Positions 1 through 7,327 of a stretch of 39,986 nucleotides of DNA are shown here, piece after piece; position 1 is the first letter of the stretch, and every line of letters begins with the position of its first letter. The position numbers were made by a program, and so were the translations under genes. The notes below the pieces were generated by a model that had not been told where the DNA came from, made no database searches, and worked only from the letters and a program-made list of their open reading frames with translations. The DNA is taken from positions 1 to 39,986 of the forward strand of contig CADBTE010000237.1 of the NCBI GenBank assembly GCA_902797455.1, written 5' to 3'. The DNA is from an uncultured Planctomycetota bacterium (GTDB taxonomy: Bacteria > Planctomycetota > Planctomycetia > Pirellulales > Thermoguttaceae).

Positions 1-118
1 ACGCTTCGGTTTTTTACCCGAAAAACACGGGGATTTGCGGAAAAACACGAAGGACTGTTTTCTGCCGTCCAACAAGGAATTTTTCCCGCGCGTACCCCAA
101 TAAGGAGGCCGCACAACG

Positions 119-151
119 AAAAAAAGGGCGCGGCCTAAAAAAGCGCGCCCT
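119..151 (-). terminator. Rho-independent terminator after the alpha/beta hydrolase gene
   Basis: The minus strand reads AGGGCGCG-cttttttaggc-CGCGCCCT followed by TTTTTT. That is an 8-bp GC-rich stem (125-132 with 144-151), an 11-nt loop and a T-run, 44 nt downstream of the stop at 195-197. Confidence 0.7.
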
Positions 152-194
152 CAAAAATCATATTTTTGACGGGACAAGGCAAAACCGCGATAGG

Positions 195-1037
195 TCAAAA
201 CTCTTTACTGAGCCAGTCGCGGACAATTTTTTCGAACGCCATCGGGCGTTCCATCGGCGCCAGGTGCCCACCCTCTTCGATAACGGCGTAGGACGAACGC
301 TGCGCTTTTTCGGCCAAGGCCTTCATCGAGTCGGGAGGAGTCAGACGATCATCCTCCCCCACAACCACCAGGACGGGAACACGGAGTTGCTCGAGAACGG
401 CAGTGGTATCGCCGCGCTCGGCCATCCCGAGCGCGGCGGCAGCCACCCCCGTCGGGTTTTGGCTGTTCATCATCGTCTGGACAGCATCGAGAACGGCGGG
501 AGTGTCATCAACGGTCACGGGAGAAAGAAAGCCGGACGCACCGTCGGAAAGATCCTCAACACCCTCTTGAAGCACCGTGTCGGCCAAATGTCGGCGGCCG
601 GCGGCGGCCTTCGGGGTATCGGCTTCGGTCTTCGTATCGCAAAGAATGAGCCCTTTGAGCCGATGGGGATATTTTTTCGCGAATTGCATCGCGATGTACC
701 CCCCCATGGACAGACCACAGACTATCACCTGGGGGATATCAAGCTCGTCGAGAAGCGACGCCAGGTCATCGGCAAAGACGCCCATCGTGGTGGGCGGCGC
801 GTCGCAGCCGTCGAGATCGTCGAAGTCGTCTTCGCAGGCGGGATCACGAAAAACGAGATTCGACGCGCCAAACCCCCTCAAATCGGGAAGTATCGACTGG
901 CAGCAGCGCGCAAGAGACCTCGCGGCGGGAACCCACATAATGTGATCAAAGGGGAACCCGTGGACAAAAAGGATCGGCGTTCCCCGGCCGACTGTCCAAA
1001 CAGCGAGGTTCCCCCCTAAGTATCTTTCCGCGATCAC
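195..1037 (-). CDS. Alpha/beta-fold hydrolase
   Basis: 280-aa ORF with a GTG start preceded by AAGGA. It has the HGFPFD motif after strand 3, the nucleophile elbow GLSMGG (G-x-S-x-G) and a C-terminal GGHLAP His motif, all typical of alpha/beta hydrolases. Confidence 0.85.
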   Translation of the reverse strand: MIAERYLGGNLAVWTVGRGTPILFVHGFPFDHIMWVPAARSLARCCQSILPDLRGFGASNLVFRDPACEDDFDDLDGCDAPPTTMGVFADDLASLLDELDIPQVIVCGLSMGGYIAMQFAKKYPHRLKGLILCDTKTEADTPKAAAGRRHLADTVLQEGVEDLSDGASGFLSPVTVDDTPAVLDAVQTMMNSQNPTGVAAAALGMAERGDTTAVLEQLRVPVLVVVGEDDRLTPPDSMKALAEKAQRSSYAVIEEGGHLAPMERPMAFEKIVRDWLSKEF

Positions 1038-1120
1038 CTCTGATCCTTTCGTCTCTTTGGCCTAATAACCATTCGGAAAAACCGGACGCTCCATCAAGTT
1101 CACCTCGGCGAGGAATGCTG

Positions 1121-1150
1121 TTACGCGCCGAGGTTTAAGTGTGGTATAAT
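1121..1150 (+). promoter_or_regulatory. Candidate sigma70-type promoter with extended -10 for the transglutaminase-like gene
   Basis: TGgTATAAT lies at 1142-1150 (perfect -10 at 1145-1150 with an upstream TG). A weak -35, TTACGC, lies at 1121-1126 with an 18-nt spacer. An 8-bp inverted repeat CCTCGGCG (1103-1110) / CGCCGAGG (1126-1133) overlaps the -35. Confidence 0.4.
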
Positions 1151-1245
1151 GGGATGGGGTCTGGTTCCGTAATCGTAACTATAGTGCCTTGCGCTTTAAA
1201 AAGGAAGTTCTTCCCCTCCTAAAAAACCGAAATTACGAGAAAAAC

Positions 1246-2469
1246 ATGTCGAATCGGGCGAAAATCTCTGTTTGGGCATCTCCGTCCCTGTCGGAAAGCA
1301 AAAAGGGGGGGCTCTCTCCTGTTGTTCTGTGGGCGATTGTTTTTTCCCTGGCGCCGTCGTTCTGGGACGCGGCGGGGACATTCCCCGCCTCTTATCTGGC
1401 GGCTCAGGCCAGTTTCGGGTCCCTCACGGCCCCGTCGGACCAGTCGCCATCGCCCGAACAGCCGAAGAAAAAGCATCGAACCAAGAAAAACGCGAACGTC
1501 TCTTCGGAAACGACCGGAGGAACATTTTCGGGCGACGCGCAGGGAGGTGAGGCGGGCAAACCGAATTCACCGAACAAGGGCCCCGTCCTCGGCATCCCTC
1601 AGAAAGTCCGCTACCGCTACGGGATGGAGTTTGAGGCCAGGCCGGGAGGGGAGTGCTCCAACCTCTTCGGATCGGCGCCGATCCCGATGGAGTGGCCCGA
1701 ACAGAAAGTCACGTTGGTCGAAGAGGTCTTTCCCCGCGAGGCGAGGGTCGGTTATCGCGAGCTGAAAGAGGGGGGGGTTCGGCAGCTCCTGTTCAAGATG
1801 CGAACGCTCCAGGAGGGCCAAAAGACCGAGGCCTCGGTGGTGATCGAGGTCACTCGATATACCCAAGCCCCTCCGTCGGATACCCAGGGGCTCGTCGTTC
1901 CCAAAAAACTGGGACGTACCATGCGTCATTACTTGGACGATTCCCCTTTTATCGAGGTGGGAGATCAAAGAGTCCGAAAAATCGCCCGGACAATTAAGGA
2001 ACAGACCAAAGAAGAATCCCCCTGGAACCAAGTCTCGGCTGTTTTCAACTACGTCCGCGATCATGTCCGCTACAACGAGTCCTTAAAAGAGACGACCATC
2101 CGCGGCGCCGCCGCCGCGATTGAAACCGAAGAGGGGGATTGCGAGGATATGTCCGCCCTGTTCATCGCGATCACGCGCAATCTCGGGATTCCCGCGCGGA
2201 CAGTCCGGGTTCCGGACCATTGCTGGGCTGAATTCTACCTTGAGGATCCCGAGGGGAATGGGTATTGGTTCCCCGCTCAGGTCGCAGGTAACGAGGCGCT
2301 GGGCGTTTCGTCCGATACCCGCCCCATTCTTCAGAAAGGGGATTCGTTCCGCATTCCGGAATCCCCCCGTGAGGAGACTCGGTATGTCAAAGAGCTCTTC
2401 ACCGGAGATGTCCGCCAAAACGGTCCTGACCCGCGTGTACAGTTCATTCGTGAAGAGGTTTCCCGGTAG
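1246..2469 (+). CDS. Membrane-anchored transglutaminase-like (cysteine protease fold) protein
   Basis: EGDCEDMSALFIAITRNLGIPARTVRVPDHCWAEFY matches the transglutaminase-core Cys and His motifs. There is an N-terminal hydrophobic segment (VVLWAIVFSLAPSFW) followed by a low-complexity linker. I preferred ATG 1246 over the TTG at 1189 that opens the ORF. Confidence 0.8.
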   Translation: MSNRAKISVWASPSLSESKKGGLSPVVLWAIVFSLAPSFWDAAGTFPASYLAAQASFGSLTAPSDQSPSPEQPKKKHRTKKNANVSSETTGGTFSGDAQGGEAGKPNSPNKGPVLGIPQKVRYRYGMEFEARPGGECSNLFGSAPIPMEWPEQKVTLVEEVFPREARVGYRELKEGGVRQLLFKMRTLQEGQKTEASVVIEVTRYTQAPPSDTQGLVVPKKLGRTMRHYLDDSPFIEVGDQRVRKIARTIKEQTKEESPWNQVSAVFNYVRDHVRYNESLKETTIRGAAAAIETEEGDCEDMSALFIAITRNLGIPARTVRVPDHCWAEFYLEDPEGNGYWFPAQVAGNEALGVSSDTRPILQKGDSFRIPESPREETRYVKELFTGDVRQNGPDPRVQFIREEVSR

Positions 2470-2514
2470 ATGACGCCCCGGCAGCGGCCAAAAAAAGTTT
2501 CTGCGAGTTCCCCC

Positions 2515-3717
2515 ATGAAGCGAGCGTTTTTGTTTCTCCTTTGTTCCGTCCTCCTTTCGGGCTTTGCAACCGCGCAGGAGGCGATTCAGACATTGGATTC
2601 CGGAGCCGCGATCTTCGGGACAATCGCCAAAGAGGACGACAGCACGGTCACGCTCGATCTGACCGGCGGGGGACAGCTGGTTCTGGACGCCTCGCGGATC
2701 AAAAAGAAGGACACCCCCTCCTCAGATCTGATCGAATGGCGTACCCACGTTCCTCTGTTGCCCGATACGGTCGAGGAACATCAAAAGATGGTCAGCTGGT
2801 GCCGCGATCGGAACCTAACCGACCAGGGACGTCTCCATGCCGAGCGAATCATCGAACTCGATCCGGAAAATGACGCCGCGCATAAATTCCTCGGCCACGT
2901 CAAACTCGACGGGTTATGGATGACCCCCGTGGAGCGCAAAGAACAGCTGGGGTATTCCAGTTTTGGAGGACGGTCGGTCACGCGGCAGGAAGAGGTGCTC
3001 TTAAGGCAAAAGCAAGAAGACAAAAAAGCCGTCAGCCGCTGGAAAAAGCAGATCAAGTCGAATCTCCCCCTTCTGCGGGAGCGCGATCCGCGCGGACTGG
3101 AATTCTTTCGTCAGATACATGACCCAAGGGCACTGGCTGCGGTGACCGATTTTCTTCGCCGTGAGGAGGACCCACAGGTTCGCGTTCTCCTCGTTCAGAC
3201 GATGGGTGGAATCGGGACTCCCGCCTCTTACGGCGACCTGGCGACTGTCTCGGTCATCGACGACGATTATGAGGTCAGGCGTACCGCGCTGGAAATCATC
3301 GGTTCGCAGCCGAAAGTGATCCCCAGTGTTATCCAGTTCTACCGCCGCCGCCTGTACAACCCCGACAACGCCACGATCAACCGCGCGGCCGCCGCGCTGG
3401 CCTACCTAAACGCCGGTGAGACGATCCCCGACCTGATCAACTCGCTGGTCACCAATCATCAGCGGACCATCACCGAGGGAGGAGATCGGCCAATCGCCAC
3501 GTTCTCCAATGAGGGATTCTCCTTCAATCCCGGCGGCGCCGTCACGAAGACCGTCACCGATACGATCGAAAACAGCGATGTGCTGGCCGCTCTTCAGCAA
3601 CTTGTCGAAAGCAATCTGCCGCCGGCCGTTGACTTCGGTTTCGATATCGACGCGTGGAGAACCTGGTATTTCCAGAGAATGGAACTCGACGGCTTCGATA
3701 CCCGCCGATCCGAATAA
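2515..3717 (+). CDS. Secreted HEAT/PBS-lyase-like repeat protein (hypothetical)
   Basis: Signal-peptide-like N-terminus MKRAFLFLLCSVLLSGFATAQE. The C-terminal half has HEAT-like repeats (DPRALAAVTDFLRREEDPQVRVLLVQTMGGIG; DDDYEVRRTALEIIG; NATINRAAAALAYLN). The alternative ATG at 2470 directly abuts the upstream stop (TAGATG). Confidence 0.6.
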   Translation: MKRAFLFLLCSVLLSGFATAQEAIQTLDSGAAIFGTIAKEDDSTVTLDLTGGGQLVLDASRIKKKDTPSSDLIEWRTHVPLLPDTVEEHQKMVSWCRDRNLTDQGRLHAERIIELDPENDAAHKFLGHVKLDGLWMTPVERKEQLGYSSFGGRSVTRQEEVLLRQKQEDKKAVSRWKKQIKSNLPLLRERDPRGLEFFRQIHDPRALAAVTDFLRREEDPQVRVLLVQTMGGIGTPASYGDLATVSVIDDDYEVRRTALEIIGSQPKVIPSVIQFYRRRLYNPDNATINRAAAALAYLNAGETIPDLINSLVTNHQRTITEGGDRPIATFSNEGFSFNPGGAVTKTVTDTIENSDVLAALQQLVESNLPPAVDFGFDIDAWRTWYFQRMELDGFDTRRSE

Positions 3718-3750
3718 ACGCGTCCCCCTTTCCCACCACGCGCCTTGCGC

Positions 3751-3788
3751 AAAAAAAGGAGGCCATTCGGCCTCCTTTTTCTTTTTTT
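3751..3788. terminator. Bidirectional rho-independent terminator between convergent genes
   Basis: AAAAAA-AGGAGGCC-attc-GGCCTCCT-TTTTcTTTTTTT. A perfect 8-bp stem with a 4-nt loop has an A-run on one side and a T-run on the other, so both strands read hairpin plus U-tract. It lies 34 nt after the + gene stop (3717) and 46 nt after the rpsA stop (3823). Confidence 0.75.
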
Positions 3789-3822
3789 CGCGCTCACTTT
3801 AATCGGAGCTGAGCTTGGAAAA

Positions 3823-5679
3823 TCAGTTCTCGTCGGTCTTCTCTTCTTCATTGACGGGGAACGAGAAGAGCGGGCCGGAACCACTTCCCATACCGCCCTT
3901 GAGGGTGTCGGGGTTCACCGTCTGGGCGGCCGCAGCGGAGGCCTGCTCCTCGGCGGCTTCAGCGGCCTCTTCCTCTTCGGTCCATTCGGCGCGCTTGCGC
4001 GACAGGCCGATCTTTCGCTCGTCGGTATCGACGCGGAGAACCTTGACCTCGATATCGTCGCCAACCTTGACGACCTCAAGCGGATCCTCGACCTTGTGGT
4101 TAGCCAGCTCAGAGATATGGAGCAGACCTTCGAGGTTATCCTCAAGCGAGACAAAGACACCGAAATTGGTGACCTTGGTCACCTTGCCGGTGACGATCTG
4201 GCCGGCCTGGTACTTCTCGGGGATACGGCTGACCCACGGATCTTCCTGGAGCTGCTTCAGCCCCAGGGCGATACGGTGGCTCTTCTTATCGACAGAGAGA
4301 ACCTGGCATTCGATTTTCTGTCCCTTCGCGACGACTTCGTTCGGATGGGTGACCTTGCGGACCCAGCTCATGTCGCTGATGTGAAGAAGGCCATCGATCC
4401 CTTCCTCGATCTCGATGAAGGCGCCGTAGTTGGTGAGGTTGCGGACCGTACCGGTAACCGTCGAACCGATCGGGTATTTCTCTTCGACCGATTCCCAGGG
4501 ATTCGGCTGGGTCTGCTTGATACCGAGAGAGATTTCCTGCTTGTCTTTGTTGATCCCCAGGACGATCACCTCAACGGAATCACCAACCGAGAGGATGTCG
4601 CTCGGGTGGTTGATACGTTTCGTCCAGGACATCTCACTGATGTGAACCAGACCCTCGATACCATCTTCGAGCTTGACGAAGGCACCGTAGTTCATCACGT
4701 TGACAACCGTACCGGTAACGCGGGAACCGATGGGGTACTTCTCACTGATATTCTCCCACGGGCTGGGGGTCTTCTGCTTCAGACCAAGAGAGATTTTCTC
4801 TTTTTCTCGGTCGATCTGGAGAACGACAACCTCGATCTCTTGGTCAATCGAAACCACGTCACGCGGATCGGTCACGCGGCCCCAGCTCATATCGGTGATG
4901 TGGAGCAGACCGTCGATACCGCCCAGGTCGATGAACGCGCCGAAATCGGCGATGTTCTTGATGACCCCCTTGCGGATCTGTCCCTCTTCCAATTCATTCA
5001 ACAGAGCGTTCTTGCGCTCGGCCCGCTGGGCCTCGATCAGGGCGCGGCGGCTGACGACAATATTGCGGCGCGCCTCGTCAATCTTGAGAATGAGACACTC
5101 GATCGGCTTGCCGATGTATTCGCCAATGTCGCCCGGACGGCGGACATCCACCTGACTGGCGGGGAGGAAAACGTTGACGCCGATATCGACCAGAAGACCA
5201 CCCTTGATCTTCTTGGTGACCGTACCGGTGATCGTCTCACCTTCCTTGATCTTCTCCATCATCTTGACCCAGGCCTCGATCTTAGCCGCCTTCCGCTTGC
5301 TCAGCAGAATCATATTGCGGGCGGCTTCCTCGCCGGTCATAGTATCTTCGAGCTCTTCGACCAGGACTTTGATCGTCTGACCCGCAGCGGGGGCCTCTTC
5401 TCCCTCTTCCCACTCGGAAATCGGGATTTGGCCCTCGCTCTTATAGCCGACGTCGACAATGACGAATTCTTTCTCGATACGGACAATCTTCCCCTCGATG
5501 ATTTCGTTCGGGGTGATTTCCTTACCCTCGACGATCTTCTGGCCAAAGTCGCCACCGCCGAGAACCTGTTGGATTTCGTCGTCCCAGTCCTGTTCGTTCA
5601 GATCCAGCCCGCTGATCAGGTTTCGATTTACCACAACTAATATTCCTAAAGGGTTTTTAGTCCAACCGAAGCGTTCCAT
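3823..5679 (-). CDS. rpsA: 30S ribosomal protein S1
   Basis: Six tandem S1 domains (e.g. GKIVRIEKEFVIVDVGYKSEGQIP; GTVTKKIKGGLLVDIGVNVFLPASQVD; four copies of G-x-V-x-N-x-x-x-[YF]GAF[IV]-x-[LI]-x-x-G-[IL][DE]GL[LV]HIS[DE]MSW). It has an acidic C-terminal tail. The start is uncertain: ATG 5679, TTG 5700, or an in-frame GTG at 5634 that is preceded by TAGGAA. Confidence 0.95.
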   Translation of the reverse strand: MERFGWTKNPLGILVVVNRNLISGLDLNEQDWDDEIQQVLGGGDFGQKIVEGKEITPNEIIEGKIVRIEKEFVIVDVGYKSEGQIPISEWEEGEEAPAAGQTIKVLVEELEDTMTGEEAARNMILLSKRKAAKIEAWVKMMEKIKEGETITGTVTKKIKGGLLVDIGVNVFLPASQVDVRRPGDIGEYIGKPIECLILKIDEARRNIVVSRRALIEAQRAERKNALLNELEEGQIRKGVIKNIADFGAFIDLGGIDGLLHITDMSWGRVTDPRDVVSIDQEIEVVVLQIDREKEKISLGLKQKTPSPWENISEKYPIGSRVTGTVVNVMNYGAFVKLEDGIEGLVHISEMSWTKRINHPSDILSVGDSVEVIVLGINKDKQEISLGIKQTQPNPWESVEEKYPIGSTVTGTVRNLTNYGAFIEIEEGIDGLLHISDMSWVRKVTHPNEVVAKGQKIECQVLSVDKKSHRIALGLKQLQEDPWVSRIPEKYQAGQIVTGKVTKVTNFGVFVSLEDNLEGLLHISELANHKVEDPLEVVKVGDDIEVKVLRVDTDERKIGLSRKRAEWTEEEEAAEAAEEQASAAAAQTVNPDTLKGGMGSGSGPLFSFPVNEEEKTDEN

Positions 5680-5965
5680 CAGACCGCCTGACGGAAACAA
5701 CCATGGATACCTCGGTTAAAACCTCAGGGTTTCGCTTCCCGTCCGCGATGCTTCGGGAACCTCTCCCGAAAATTGAACACGCGAACTTTCAGCGCTTCGC
5801 GCGCTTACAAAGCCAGTCGTCCCCCCGCGGAGCCCCGCAAAGACGGAAGGGCTTTAATAAAACGGCAAACTCGCTTATAAAGCAGATTAATCGGCTTATT
5901 CTACCTGAATCCCGCCGCAGGATAAGGGACCCCTCGTTCTGGAAAAAGCGGGATGGTCCCCGGGG

Positions 5966-7300
5966 CTATTTCGCCTTGACCACCGGAAGGTCGGCCCAGC
6001 AGGTAGTATAGCTTGGGGAACGAAACTTCGAGGACGGCCGCCAGGAGGGGCCGTCCTCGTTTCCCCTGGCGGCACTTTCGGCAGCGCTGTGAATTTTCCC
6101 CGTACCGAAAGCGCGATTGACCTGATCGACCGCCCGCATCAGCTCGAATCGTTTGGCCCGGCGATCGACATCTTCCTCGGTATCGAAGAGGGCCCGATAC
6201 GATCTCTCGGTACTTTGGTCGACGATACCGACCAAAAGAACCATCCCGCGCTGATAAGCGAACCCCTCTTGATAGACCTGGTCGGTCAGGAACTTCGCGT
6301 GGTGAAGAATGGAGATCGTGTCGGAAGTCGGTTCTGCGAAGCCGATCGTTCGAGCCTCGTGCGATTGGGGCAGATCGGTTCGGAACCGATTGGTGTCGAG
6401 CTGGACGATGATCGCCGAGGCGGCGCAGCGACATCGGCGAAGTCGCTGCGCCGCGCTGGCGGCGAACTGGGCGATGGCGCGATGAATCTCCTCACGGGAG
6501 GAGATCAGCTCGCCGAAGGAACGGGAGACCCGGATACTCTGCGGGGTCGGCGGCTCATCCTCCAAGGGGAAGCACTCCTCGCCGCGCAGTTCACGCAGCG
6601 TCATCTCTTGGACGATCGTAAAATTCTCGCGGATCCACTTCGGGTCAACACGAACCAGGTCGGCCGCCGTCTTCAGGCCATACCGGTGGAATTTCTTCGA
6701 CAGGCGGCGGCCGATCCCCCAGACTTCCTCGATCGGGAAGTTTTGGAGCGCCGCCAGCCGCTCGTCGGGGCTCATCAGCGAAAAGTAGCGATCCGGCCTT
6801 GACTTCGCCAGGTGATTCGCCGCCTTCGCCAAGGTCTTGGTCGGTCCCACTCCAAAGGAGATCGGAATCCCCGTCCAGCGGGGAACGGTGGCGACAATCT
6901 CTTCTCCCAGCCGAGCCAGGGGTGTTCGGAGATCATCCGCGGACCATTCCTTGGCCGGCTGGGCGAATCGCCCGGTGAGGTCCAAAAACGCCTCGTCGAT
7001 GGAATAAATCTCGACATCGGCCGTCCATTGAGCCAGGGTCAGCATCACCCGATGACTTAAGTCGCCGTAGAGAGAGAAGTTCGAGGAGCGGACAATCACC
7101 CCGTTTCGGGCCAGGAACTCCCGCACGCGGAAGTACGGCGTCCCCATCGCCACCAGGGGTTTGGCCTCGGCCGATCGAGCGATGATGCAGCCGTCGTTGT
7201 TCGACAGGACCACGACCGGCCGAGAGCGCCATTCGGGGCGAAAGACCTTTTCGCATGACGCGAAGAAGGAATTGCAATCAGCCAGACCGTAAATTTTCAT
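5966..7300 (-). CDS. umuC: Y-family translesion DNA polymerase, UmuC-like
   Basis: The N-terminus MKIYGLADCNSFFASCEKVFRPEWRSRPVVVLSNNDGCIIARSAEAK is a near-canonical UmuC signature. It also has VWGIGRR and a C-terminal SPSYTTCWADLPVV motif. ATG start preceded by GGGAAGAAAG. Confidence 0.85.
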   Translation of the reverse strand: MKIYGLADCNSFFASCEKVFRPEWRSRPVVVLSNNDGCIIARSAEAKPLVAMGTPYFRVREFLARNGVIVRSSNFSLYGDLSHRVMLTLAQWTADVEIYSIDEAFLDLTGRFAQPAKEWSADDLRTPLARLGEEIVATVPRWTGIPISFGVGPTKTLAKAANHLAKSRPDRYFSLMSPDERLAALQNFPIEEVWGIGRRLSKKFHRYGLKTAADLVRVDPKWIRENFTIVQEMTLRELRGEECFPLEDEPPTPQSIRVSRSFGELISSREEIHRAIAQFAASAAQRLRRCRCAASAIIVQLDTNRFRTDLPQSHEARTIGFAEPTSDTISILHHAKFLTDQVYQEGFAYQRGMVLLVGIVDQSTERSYRALFDTEEDVDRRAKRFELMRAVDQVNRAFGTGKIHSAAESAARGNEDGPSWRPSSKFRSPSYTTCWADLPVVKAK

Positions 7301-7327
7301 AGGTATCTTTCTTCCCGGCTTACGCTT

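Noticed and set aside
3745-5640. 631-aa plus-strand ORF
   Set aside because: It is the exact antisense shadow of rpsA. Its composition is a monotonous D/L/G/R-rich run with no recognisable motifs. rpsA on the opposite strand has six unmistakable S1 domains.
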